This document shows positions 26,047 to 35,624 of a DNA stretch of 64,000 bases, piece by piece. The notes below the pieces were generated by a model. That model searched no databases. It was not told the DNA's origin and was given only the letters and a program-made list of their open reading frames with translations. Positions within the stretch are counted from its first letter, which is position 1. Each line of letters opens with the position of its first letter. Both the position numbers and the translations under genes were made by a program. Source of the stretch: Nanobdellota archaeon (GTDB lineage Archaea; Nanobdellota; Nanobdellia; Pacearchaeales; GW2011-AR1); the NCBI GenBank assembly GCA_038045405.1, contig JBBSYF010000001.1, positions 101,175 to 165,174 on the forward strand, read 5' to 3'.

Positions 26047-27555
26047 ATGGATGAAAATCAAAAAATTCTAGAAGTAGCTAAAGAAGCGGCAAGAAAAGGC
26101 GGTGAAATAGTCTTAAAGTATTTTAAAGAAGAGGTTGAATTTCGTCAAAAAGAAGATAAAACATTTGCGAGCATTGCTGACGATGAATCGGAAAAGGAGA
26201 TTAAAGAAATAATCTTAAGAAATTTCCCAGAACATTCTATTTACGGGGAAGAAACAGGAAAAACCGGTCAAAGTAATATCGTTTGGCATGTTGATCCTTT
26301 AGATGGCACAAGCAATTTTAGAAATAAAATACCACTTTTTTGCGTTTCAATAGGGGTAGAAAGGGATGGAAATTTTATTGTGGGAGTTATTTATAACCCT
26401 ATTACAAATGAACTCTTTTCAGCTTCAGAAGGCGAAGGAGCTTTTGTTAACGAAAAAAGAATAAGTGTAAACAAAGAAGATATCTCTAAAGGAATTCTTG
26501 TTCTAGACTCTTCTTTCAAGGGAGACATTGGAAGAATAAAAACTAACTTACAAAGTGAAATAATCAAACTTTCTTCAAGAATTAGAATGATAGGAAGTAA
26601 TGCTCTGCAATTAGCAGAGGTAGCTGAAGGAGCATATTTCTCTTCAATTTCAGATCACATTGATGCCTATGACTTTGCTGCAGGAATAGTCTTAGTTAAA
26701 GAAGCTGGGGGAATTGTGACAGACCAATTTGGAAACAAACCCTCTGCAAAATCAAAAGTCATTGTTGCTTCGAATAAAAAAGAAAATCACGAGAAAATAA
26801 TTGGATTAACTAAAAATTATTATTCTAACTTTGATAAGCAAAATTCTGTTAATAATTATAAAGTTTGCATCTTAGCTGGGGGGATTGGTAGTAGGATGGG
26901 GGAGTTTTCTAAAACTTTTAATAAAGCGATGATTCCTGTTCAAGGAAAACCTTCTATTTGTCACATAATAGAAAAATTTCCCGAAGATGTAGAAATAGTG
27001 GTGATTGTTGGCTATAAAAAAGAAACAATCATAGACTACTTAAAATATGCTTATCCTAAAAGAAAATTTACTTTTTTCGAAGTTGAAAAACCTTCAGGAT
27101 TAGGCGCCGGTCCTGGCTATGCCGTTTTGGAATGTAAACACTTACTTCAATGCCCATTCATCTTTTTTGCTGCAGATACCTTAGTAAAAGAAAATGTTCC
27201 TGAACCCGATGAAAATTGGTTTGGAATCGCAGAAGTTGATGATACTAGTAGATTTTGTTCTGCCAGCATAAACGAAGAAGGAATGATTTCTAAAATTGAT
27301 GACAAAATAAAATGTGACAACAAGTTTGCATTTATAGGGTTAGCAGGGATAAAAGATTACAAAACTTTCTTTGCATCTTTAGAAAATGACAAAACACTCG
27401 TAAAAGGAGAAATTCAAGTTTCTAACGGATTTAAATCTCTAATGAACTTGGGAATGAAAGCAATTACATTTACCTGGTTTGATACTGGTGACCCTACATC
27501 GTATTCTCATGCTTTAGAAAATTATCCAAACGGGGAAGGTTATCGCGGGCAGTAA
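26047..27555 (+). CDS. inositol monophosphatase / nucleotidyltransferase fusion
   Basis: GEE, VDPLDGTSNF, YDFAAG...EAGG followed by ILAGGIGSRM...NKAMIP, WFDTG; start at ATG 26047. Confidence 0.88.
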   Translation: MDENQKILEVAKEAARKGGEIVLKYFKEEVEFRQKEDKTFASIADDESEKEIKEIILRNFPEHSIYGEETGKTGQSNIVWHVDPLDGTSNFRNKIPLFCVSIGVERDGNFIVGVIYNPITNELFSASEGEGAFVNEKRISVNKEDISKGILVLDSSFKGDIGRIKTNLQSEIIKLSSRIRMIGSNALQLAEVAEGAYFSSISDHIDAYDFAAGIVLVKEAGGIVTDQFGNKPSAKSKVIVASNKKENHEKIIGLTKNYYSNFDKQNSVNNYKVCILAGGIGSRMGEFSKTFNKAMIPVQGKPSICHIIEKFPEDVEIVVIVGYKKETIIDYLKYAYPKRKFTFFEVEKPSGLGAGPGYAVLECKHLLQCPFIFFAADTLVKENVPEPDENWFGIAEVDDTSRFCSASINEEGMISKIDDKIKCDNKFAFIGLAGIKDYKTFFASLENDKTLVKGEIQVSNGFKSLMNLGMKAITFTWFDTGDPTSYSHALENYPNGEGYRGQ

Positions 27556-27672
27556 TGCTAATCTCTATGCTTCAACTTCATAAATCTTATAAAGGCGTTT
27601 TAATATTTACGGGAGTAGTCAGCGAGGATGTTTATAAATAAAAACATTATAGGCGACTATCGGATAGACAAA

Positions 27673-29277
27673 ATGGTGAATTATAAAGTATGCATCTTAG
27701 CTGGAGGCGTTGCTAGTCAAATGGGCGACTTGACTAAACATGTTAATGCAGCTATTCTTCCCGTAAACTTCAAAGCTTCTATTTCTTATATGATTGAAAA
27801 ATTCCCAGAAGATGTTGAAATTGTAATTGCTGTTGGTCACAAAAAAGAAACAGTTATAGACTACTTAACTTTGGCATATCCAAATAGAAATCTAAAATTT
27901 GTTGAAGTTGATAGGTATTTTGGACCTGGAACCGGACCGGGGTATGGACTTCTTTGTTGCAAACAGCATTTGCAATGTCCATTTGTTTTTGCGGTGTCAG
28001 ATACAATAATCCTTGAAGAAATTCCAAAACCAGAGGAAAACTGGTTCGGAATCGCTCCCACAAAAGAAACAGAACCATATTGTACTGTCAAGATAAAAAA
28101 TAATCTTGTCTATCAAATTGACGACAAAATAAAATGTGATAATAAACATCTTTTCATTGGTTTGGCTGGAGTGAAAGATTATGAACACTTTTGGGAAGCT
28201 CTGGAGAATGATAAAGAGCCCGTAAGAGGAGAAATTCAAGTTTCCAACGGGTTCAAAAGGCTTATTGAAAAAAGACTTGTTCCTATAGGATTCACTTGGT
28301 TTGATACTGGAGCTCCTGGAAGCTATAAGGAAGCTCACCTCAATTTTTCTGGAGGAGGGCAAACATTTGACTTTAGTAAGAATAATGAATTTCTTTATTT
28401 TGTCAATGGAAGAGTCATAAAATTTTTTGCTGATCAAGAAATAACGAAAAAGAGGGTTGAAAGAGCAAAGAACCTCGTAGGGCTTACACCAAAAATTGAA
28501 GGACATAAAGGCAACTTCTATTCATACAAAAAAATGGATGGGCAGGTACTTTATTCCGTTTTAAACCCCCAAATAGTAAACGACTTTCTCCAATGGGCAA
28601 AAAGAGATTTGTGGAAGGAAATAACTCTCTCTGAAAATGAAAAAAAAGAGTTCAAAGAAGCAACACAAAAATTTTACTACGAAAAAACAATGAAAAGACT
28701 AGGTGAATTTTATAACAAATCAAAGATTAGTGACGATTTTAATGTCATCAACGGAGTTCAGATTCCACCCTTAAAAGAACTATTAAACAAAATCAATTGG
28801 GAATACATCTGCAACTCTGTTCCTGTAAAGTTTCATGGAGACCTACAATTCGATAACATTTTAGTAAGCAGAGATGAAAAGAGCCAACTAACAAAATTTA
28901 TCCTTCTCGATTGGAGACAAGACTTTGGAGGACTTACCAATGCTGGAGACTTATATTATGACTTCTCCAAATTGTATGGTGGAATGATAATCTCATACCA
29001 ACTGATAAAAACAGGCCAATTTTCTTTTGATATGAGTGGCTCAAGCATACATTACAACTATACTATCAAAAATGACTTGCTTGAAGCAAAAGATGAATTT
29101 GAGTCTTTCATTAAAAAAAATGGTTTTGACTTAAACAAAATAAAAGTTATCACTTCTCTAATTTTTCTAAATATGTCCCCATTACATCATGAACCCTTTG
29201 ATTTGATGCTTTATCACCTCGGAAAAACAATGTTGCATAAGTCTCTTAAACAAACTGAAAATAATAAATTACAATAA
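27673..29277 (+). CDS. degenerate nucleotidyltransferase / APH-choline-kinase-like fusion
   Basis: Paralog of the upstream NTP-transferase domain, then HGDLQFDNIL, LLDWR, YYDFSK kinase-like motifs; start could also be 27628. Confidence 0.82.
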   Translation: MVNYKVCILAGGVASQMGDLTKHVNAAILPVNFKASISYMIEKFPEDVEIVIAVGHKKETVIDYLTLAYPNRNLKFVEVDRYFGPGTGPGYGLLCCKQHLQCPFVFAVSDTIILEEIPKPEENWFGIAPTKETEPYCTVKIKNNLVYQIDDKIKCDNKHLFIGLAGVKDYEHFWEALENDKEPVRGEIQVSNGFKRLIEKRLVPIGFTWFDTGAPGSYKEAHLNFSGGGQTFDFSKNNEFLYFVNGRVIKFFADQEITKKRVERAKNLVGLTPKIEGHKGNFYSYKKMDGQVLYSVLNPQIVNDFLQWAKRDLWKEITLSENEKKEFKEATQKFYYEKTMKRLGEFYNKSKISDDFNVINGVQIPPLKELLNKINWEYICNSVPVKFHGDLQFDNILVSRDEKSQLTKFILLDWRQDFGGLTNAGDLYYDFSKLYGGMIISYQLIKTGQFSFDMSGSSIHYNYTIKNDLLEAKDEFESFIKKNGFDLNKIKVITSLIFLNMSPLHHEPFDLMLYHLGKTMLHKSLKQTENNKLQ

Positions 29278-29278
29278 A

Positions 29279-30277
29279 ATGTCAAATTCTAAAATAGCTG
29301 TTGGACCAATGAGCTCGGAAGTTGTTGAAGCAATATTCAGATTCTCTAATTATAACAGAAAAGAACTAATGATTATAGCTTCGAAGAATCAAGTGGACCA
29401 TTCTGGAGGTTATGTGAACAAATGGACAACAAAAGAGTTCATGAACTTTGTTAAAAAAATGAGAGAAATGTACCCTCAATCAAATGTTAAAATCTGCCGA
29501 GACCATTGCGGGCCAGGTTTCAATGGGATAGACGGCTTGGAAGACAGTTATAAAACAATAAAAGATGATATAGAAAACGGATTTGATCTTATCCACATTG
29601 ATTTTTGCCATTTTCGTGGATCAAAAGAACAACAGTTTGAAGAAACCAAAAAAGCAATAGAATACTGTTACAGCTTAAATCCAAAAATAATGATCGAAGT
29701 TGGAACTGACGAAAATGTTGGTACAAATTTTGGTTTTATGAACCTCAAAGAAATTGAAAGAGAAGTAGAGTTTTTCACTTCTTTTTGCAAGCCAGAGTTT
29801 TATGTTGTTCAAACAGGAAGTCTCATCCTAGAAATTAATCAAGCTGGAAGTTTTAATAAGGAATTTGTTGAAAAGATTTCACAAATTCTAAAGACTAAAG
29901 GAATAAAGCTTAAGGAACACAATGCAGACTATCTTTCACTAGAAGAAATAGAAAAAAGAAATGGAATTGTAGATGCTATGAACATTGCACCACAATTAGG
30001 GGTATTACAAACAATGTTCGTATTGAACAAATGTCTTCTTTATGGAATTGATTTCACCGAGTTCTTAGCTGAGGTATATGAAAAAGGAAAATGGAAGAAG
30101 TGGATGAATAAAAACACACCTGAGAACAAGTTTTTATGTTGTGTTATAGCGGGACATTATCATTTCTCTTCTGAAAATTATAAAAAATTAATAGAAAAAT
30201 TAGGGGAAAGAGAAGACATCAAGGACAATATAATAGACCATCTAATGGGGGTTATATCTCATTATGTTAGAAAATAA
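29279..30277 (+). CDS. GatZ/KbaZ-like (tagatose-6-phosphate epimerase / class II aldolase non-catalytic subunit) protein
   Basis: ASKNQVD.SGGY, RDHCGP, GFDLIHID, EVGTDE, VVQTG, KEHNADY, NIAP. Confidence 0.82.
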   Translation: MSNSKIAVGPMSSEVVEAIFRFSNYNRKELMIIASKNQVDHSGGYVNKWTTKEFMNFVKKMREMYPQSNVKICRDHCGPGFNGIDGLEDSYKTIKDDIENGFDLIHIDFCHFRGSKEQQFEETKKAIEYCYSLNPKIMIEVGTDENVGTNFGFMNLKEIEREVEFFTSFCKPEFYVVQTGSLILEINQAGSFNKEFVEKISQILKTKGIKLKEHNADYLSLEEIEKRNGIVDAMNIAPQLGVLQTMFVLNKCLLYGIDFTEFLAEVYEKGKWKKWMNKNTPENKFLCCVIAGHYHFSSENYKKLIEKLGEREDIKDNIIDHLMGVISHYVRK

Positions 30278-30995
30278 GATGTTGGAAAAAAGGACAATCC
30301 TGATAACTGGCTCTTCGAGAGGGATAGGGGCTTCCATAGCAAGACTAGCAAAAAATTATGGAGCAAACGTAATTTTACACGGAAAAACGGAATCGGAGAG
30401 CCTTAAGACTCTGGCTCGTGAATTAGATTCACCATATATCTTTTGTGATGTTTCTGATGAAGAATCTGTCAGACGAGAAGTCGAATCTCTTGAAGGAATA
30501 GACATCTTAGTTAATAATGCTGGAATAAATCCTTCAAAAAACTTTATGGAACTTACAGGTAGCGATTGGAGAGAAATCTTTAATGTAAACCTTTTAGGTC
30601 CAGTTTACTTTTCAAAAGCGGTTCTCCCAAAAATGATTGAAAAAAGATATGGAAGAATAATTAACATCTCTTCTTTCAAAGGTTTAAATTATGTTTCAGG
30701 AAAACCCGCCTACGCCGCTTCAAAAGCAGCAGTTATTAGGCTAACTTCAAGCATGGCTGAAGAATTTGCGCGTTACGGAATAAATGTTAATTCAGTTGCT
30801 CCGGGATTTACTGAAACAGAGATGACAAAGGCAACAATGTCTCCTAAAATACAATCTCAAGTCGATAAGATACCTTTGAATAGAATGGGAAAGTCAGAAG
30901 AAATTGCCGAGGCTGTTTTATTCTTGGCAAGCGATAAAGCAAGTTACATAACTGGACAAACAATAATTGTTGACGGGGGTTTGAGTATAATTTAA
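30264..30995 (+). CDS. short-chain dehydrogenase/reductase
   Basis: TGSSRGIG, NNAG, YAASK, PGFTET, ITGQTIIVDGG. Confidence 0.95.
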   Translation: MLENKMLEKRTILITGSSRGIGASIARLAKNYGANVILHGKTESESLKTLARELDSPYIFCDVSDEESVRREVESLEGIDILVNNAGINPSKNFMELTGSDWREIFNVNLLGPVYFSKAVLPKMIEKRYGRIINISSFKGLNYVSGKPAYAASKAAVIRLTSSMAEEFARYGINVNSVAPGFTETEMTKATMSPKIQSQVDKIPLNRMGKSEEIAEAVLFLASDKASYITGQTIIVDGGLSII

Positions 30996-30996
30996 A

Positions 30997-31461
30997 ATGT
31001 CCGAAGAAAAAAGAAGAGATTGGTTCAAAGAAGATTTCCTATCCTTTCAAAGAGAAGGGGCAAAGATTGTAACAAAGCCTTGGGGGATGGAAGTATGGTT
31101 AGAACTAAATGACAGATACTGCTATAAAAGAATTTACATCTCAGCAGGGAACAAAACAAGTTTACAATATCATGAAAAAAAACTAGAAACTAACTACATA
31201 ATAAAAGGGGAAGCAGAAGTTTGGATGCAAGATCCAAATGGAGAAACCAATCTAAGAATTGACAATCAAGACTATACTTTTTCAGTTACTAAAAGAAGAG
31301 AAAATTATTTCTTTACAGTAACTCCCCCAACAGTTCATAGAATTAAGGCTCTTACAGACATAATCTTACAGGAAGTTTCAACACCTGATGTCGACGATGT
31401 AGTAAGACTTCAAGATGATGCTGGTAGAGGAAGCGGAAAAATAGACTCGGAACATCAGTAG
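30997..31461 (+). CDS. cupin-domain protein (mannose-6-phosphate isomerase C-terminal-like)
   Basis: KPWG, SLQYHEKKLE, HRI, EVSTP..DDVVRLQDD.GR. Confidence 0.85.
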   Translation: MSEEKRRDWFKEDFLSFQREGAKIVTKPWGMEVWLELNDRYCYKRIYISAGNKTSLQYHEKKLETNYIIKGEAEVWMQDPNGETNLRIDNQDYTFSVTKRRENYFFTVTPPTVHRIKALTDIILQEVSTPDVDDVVRLQDDAGRGSGKIDSEHQ

Positions 31462-31472
31462 GTTTCTTAATC

Positions 31473-33497
31473 CTAAGCAACACCAGCGTTAATCATACCT
31501 GCCACTTTTTTTGCAATATCTACACAGGTGACGACTTTTCCAGAAAAAATAGTGATTAATCCATTACCATGATTTGTAATTTCGCTTGGCCTTTCATCAG
31601 TGTCATCAACGTTGGCCTTTACTGCTCTTATCACATAAATTGGTCTGATTATTTTTGCATCTTTCAATATTGGAAAATCTTTAGTGGCAGTTTTTAATAT
31701 CTTCTCCCTATTAGTCTTTACATTCTGCAAGATCATAATTTCTGGATCAAGATTATCAGAAACAAAATCATTGAGTATGGACTCTTTTATATGCACTAAT
31801 GTAAACCTTCCTTCTTCTGCCCTTGGCATCAAAGTGCTGAATTGTCCGTCGAATATTGATAGACCAACTTTCTCTTTTAAAGGAAGTTCAATCTCAAGCA
31901 TTTCAACTAGTTCATAAAGAACCTTTCTTCTAGGTAAACCAAACCACTGATTAAAACAGTTAAAATTAAAGTACGTTGCATTTATTACAAAATCAAACTC
32001 TTCTTCTAAAATTCCTGAAGGAGAAGATATTCTTAACACCTTTTTATCTCCCCTAATCTCTCCACCCTTTATTTCATGGTTAAGTTTAACCTCAACTTCT
32101 GAATTTTTTAATTTTTCCTTCACTATCTCAAGCATTTTTTTTGGGTCATAGGCATATTCTGCTACTTTAACAACCATAGAAACCCTCTCTTTATTTATGA
32201 GGTTTCCATCAATGTCTACTACTTGATAAGGAAGCCCCAATTCTTCACAAAATTTTAAGTAACTTCCCGGAGTTGTCTTACTATCCTCTTTTGCTATTGC
32301 ATGATAATGATTAAAAGGTCTTATGATACATCCGCCATATTCTTTTTCAAAGCTTTCTCTTGAGTTTAGGCATTCAAGTGCAGTACTTTTGCTTCTAGGG
32401 TAATGGTATCCTCCATGATGTCTTAAATGATTATTTGTAGATGCTCCAGAAAGAAGTTCTCCTGAACGCTCATACAAGGTAACATCAAAATTTTTTGAGA
32501 GTTCTAAAGCTGTTGAACTGCCAAATATTCCTCCACCAATTACTGCCACCTTCCCCGTCCTCTTTTGCGGTATTCCTCTTTTTAAGTCATAAGAAGCGTA
32601 TTCAGCAATAATTTTCTCTGTAAGTTCAATACTTTCAAGAATTTCTTTTTTCTCAACTAAGGGGGCATTAAGCCCATTGACTGCTCCTAAAAATTTTTTA
32701 ATTGAAACTTTTAGAGGATCTTCTATCTCAAAACTTCTTCCATTTCCCATGAATGTCTGTTTGTATGCCGGGCCTATTTCTCGTCTAAAAGATTCTCCAT
32801 TTAAAGAAAAAATAATTTCTCCCGGTTTTTTTGTTCTTAACTTAAAATCATAGACTACTTCACACTCTTGTTCCGAATTTCTGTATTTGAATCTAACGGT
32901 CATCGCCTCTTCACTTTTTGATAAGAATTCCACATCTTCTGCCTTCCCATTAGGAATCAAACCTATCAGAATACTATTTGTGTGGGGAAGGTGGTCCATT
33001 ATCATGCTTATACCACTTTCTGCAGGCTCCATATAAATAGAAAGATTTCTTAATTTGTTCAAATCAGGATACCTTCTGAAGTAGTCTACAATTGAAATCC
33101 ACTGGGTGTTTATTGTTAAAAGTTTTTTTCTTTTTTCAGCAAGATTAAACAACTCTTCTGCTATTCTATGATTATTACCTTTTGTTTGAACAAAAGGTTT
33201 TTCACATATTACGTGCAGATTATTTTCTAAACATAATCTTATCTGATTTTCGTGCATCTCAGGTGGTGTACAAATAGAAACAGCATCTAAACTCTCCCAT
33301 TTTATCAATTCTTCAAGTTTATGGTAAGCTCTTACATTAACATTGAACTCTTTCTTTAACTCTTCAGCTTTTTTTGAAGCACTTTCTCTTGTGCTACAAA
33401 GAATAGCAACCACTTCTGCTCCAAGTGCAGAAAATTCTCTAACGTGATACTTCCCGATTTTTCCCACCCCTAATATCGCAACTCTTATTTTTTCCAT
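31473..33497 (-). CDS. Gfo/Idh/MocA oxidoreductase fused to an FAD-dependent oxidoreductase
   Basis: GVGKIG, ICTP...H, CEKP; then VIGGGIFG, ASTNN.LR.H.GYHYPRS, SGKV. Confidence 0.87.
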   Translation of the reverse strand: MEKIRVAILGVGKIGKYHVREFSALGAEVVAILCSTRESASKKAEELKKEFNVNVRAYHKLEELIKWESLDAVSICTPPEMHENQIRLCLENNLHVICEKPFVQTKGNNHRIAEELFNLAEKRKKLLTINTQWISIVDYFRRYPDLNKLRNLSIYMEPAESGISMIMDHLPHTNSILIGLIPNGKAEDVEFLSKSEEAMTVRFKYRNSEQECEVVYDFKLRTKKPGEIIFSLNGESFRREIGPAYKQTFMGNGRSFEIEDPLKVSIKKFLGAVNGLNAPLVEKKEILESIELTEKIIAEYASYDLKRGIPQKRTGKVAVIGGGIFGSSTALELSKNFDVTLYERSGELLSGASTNNHLRHHGGYHYPRSKSTALECLNSRESFEKEYGGCIIRPFNHYHAIAKEDSKTTPGSYLKFCEELGLPYQVVDIDGNLINKERVSMVVKVAEYAYDPKKMLEIVKEKLKNSEVEVKLNHEIKGGEIRGDKKVLRISSPSGILEEEFDFVINATYFNFNCFNQWFGLPRRKVLYELVEMLEIELPLKEKVGLSIFDGQFSTLMPRAEEGRFTLVHIKESILNDFVSDNLDPEIMILQNVKTNREKILKTATKDFPILKDAKIIRPIYVIRAVKANVDDTDERPSEITNHGNGLITIFSGKVVTCVDIAKKVAGMINAGVA

Positions 33498-33522
33498 TAT
33501 ATTTTTGTTTTATTTGTAACTT

Positions 33523-34392
33523 TTATTTACTTGTAAAAATTTTAATTAAGTTATCAGCATGTTTCTCCCAAGTAATCTTGCTATCTTGCATCCACTTCCT
33601 GTAATCTCTTTCTTTCGAATTTTTTATAGCCTCTTCAAGACTATTGAAATTTTCTACCTTATCAAAAGGAAATTTATACCCTTCTGCATGCATATTTCCA
33701 ACTATTCTGGGAACACCTGCAGCCATAACTTCCATGTAAGTTACACCGCCACCAGAACCTTTTGGAGGTAGACTAACATAGATTTTACACTTATTATAAA
33801 ATTCATTCATTTTCTCATGAGGAATATTTTCTGCAATTAAGACTGGAATCCCTAATTTTTTACCTATTGATTCAACATGCTCTTTGGTGAGGTTTTCTGT
33901 TGGTTTATTTGTCCATCCTAGGTAAATTCTTTTTTTGTTAAGAGGTTTAAACTCCTCCATATTGACAGCAGTAGCAAGGAGTGTTGACTTTGAATATCTC
34001 TTTTCATTTGTGCGATCTCCAGTAAGCAACCTTTTTCCCATAAGAATTCCAACTGGAACTTGAACAAAAAAACCTTTTCCACTTTGTGTGGCATTAAAAA
34101 AACAGAAATGTTTTTTCTTGAATATCGGATAAGGAAACAAGAGAGGTAATGCAATATTCCAATCTTGAGTATAAATTATGTCATATTTCTCTTTTTTCAT
34201 GATATCTTTAATCTTTTTTCTTAAAGAAGAAAGGGACTGCCTCACACTGTTAAGTTTTAGGTCATCTTGCCTAGAAAGGATATCAACCGTATGCCCTTTT
34301 TTGTTAAACTCCTTAGAAAGGTTTTTCATAAGGGTCTCAACACCACCAAATCCTTTATATTTTCGCTCTTTAACAACAAAGAGAATCTTCAT
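33523..34392 (-). CDS. glycosyltransferase (GT-B, GT4-like)
   Basis: GGVET, IIYTQDW, IPHEKMNEFYN, YMEVMAAG, TWEKHA. Confidence 0.85.
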   Translation of the reverse strand: MKILFVVKERKYKGFGGVETLMKNLSKEFNKKGHTVDILSRQDDLKLNSVRQSLSSLRKKIKDIMKKEKYDIIYTQDWNIALPLLFPYPIFKKKHFCFFNATQSGKGFFVQVPVGILMGKRLLTGDRTNEKRYSKSTLLATAVNMEEFKPLNKKRIYLGWTNKPTENLTKEHVESIGKKLGIPVLIAENIPHEKMNEFYNKCKIYVSLPPKGSGGGVTYMEVMAAGVPRIVGNMHAEGYKFPFDKVENFNSLEEAIKNSKERDYRKWMQDSKITWEKHADNLIKIFTSK

Positions 34393-34502
34393 AGACTTTC
34401 ATAAATTTTTGGGGTTAAAAGCTTTATGAAGAGAGAAACTATAGTTATCCTCATATAAAACTCTTTCATAATCTTTAAATAAGAACTTAGTTGTAGGTTT
34501 TT

Positions 34503-35624
34503 ATGAAGATACTTTTCATAAAGTTAGGGGCCCTTGGAGGAGTATTAAGGGCAACCCCTCTATTTACTGGACTTAAAAGAAAATACAAGAATTGTGAGCT
34601 TAATGTTATTACTAAAGAAGATGCCTCCCCTCTTTTGGATAATAATCAAGACATCGACAAACTTTGGATATGGGAAAGAGACAAAAACAAAATTGAAAAG
34701 GATTCTTTTGATTGGATAATAAACACTGAAGATGATGAAGAAACTTGCAAATTTGCTACCAAACTGAAGACAAAAAAATTTACGGGTCCTTACTTTTCTA
34801 AAGAAGGAAAGATAACCTACACCAAGGATATAGCAATATGGTACAACATGGGTAAAATCTCAAAGTTTGGACTAAAAAAAGCAAATCAACTGAAGAAAAA
34901 AAACTCAAGAAGATATCAGGAGATATACTCTCAAATTTTAAAACTCCCCAAAAATAAATACCCTCTAGTCTTGAACATGACTGATTATGAAAAAGAGTGG
35001 TCTCATGATTTTAGAAAAAAACATGAAGTTGGTGGAAAACACTTTCTTATTGGGGTAAACACAGGGGCTGGAGCTAACTGGCCGATTAAAGCGCTTTCAA
35101 TACAAAAAACAGTAAATCTCATAAAAGATATTCACAAAAAAAATCAAAGTGTAATCCTTTTAGGCGGTCCAAATGAAAGAGGAAGGCATCAAGAGATTCT
35201 CAAAAAACTAAATGTTAGACTGATAAAAAACTCTTTTCAAAATAAAACCCGAAGGTTCTTCTCAAATATTATTTCTTTTAAAGATATCATAAAAGCCTCT
35301 GAATTTGACATAAAATTGATAAATCCTGGTACTGAGAATAGCCTACGAAAATTTATATCGATAATAAACGCATTAGACATTCTCATAACTAGTGATACCT
35401 TGACACTTCATATTGCAGTTGCACTTAAAAAAAGAGTTGTTTGCTTTTTTGGACCGACTTCTGCAGAAGAAATAGAATTATACGGACAGGGTGTTAAAAT
35501 AAAACCTAACTCAGACTGTTACTGTTGCTACAAGAAACAGCGCACAAGTGAAAAGATGTGTATTGATGAAATAGAAGTGGACAAACTAACTCAATCAATG
35601 TTAAATCAGACAAGATACCTATAA
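34503..35624 (+). CDS. GT9 family glycosyltransferase (heptosyltransferase-like)
   Basis: IKLGALGGVLRATP, LLGGPNE, TSDTLTLHIAVAL, FFGPT. Confidence 0.88.
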   Translation: MKILFIKLGALGGVLRATPLFTGLKRKYKNCELNVITKEDASPLLDNNQDIDKLWIWERDKNKIEKDSFDWIINTEDDEETCKFATKLKTKKFTGPYFSKEGKITYTKDIAIWYNMGKISKFGLKKANQLKKKNSRRYQEIYSQILKLPKNKYPLVLNMTDYEKEWSHDFRKKHEVGGKHFLIGVNTGAGANWPIKALSIQKTVNLIKDIHKKNQSVILLGGPNERGRHQEILKKLNVRLIKNSFQNKTRRFFSNIISFKDIIKASEFDIKLINPGTENSLRKFISIINALDILITSDTLTLHIAVALKKRVVCFFGPTSAEEIELYGQGVKIKPNSDCYCCYKKQRTSEKMCIDEIEVDKLTQSMLNQTRYL

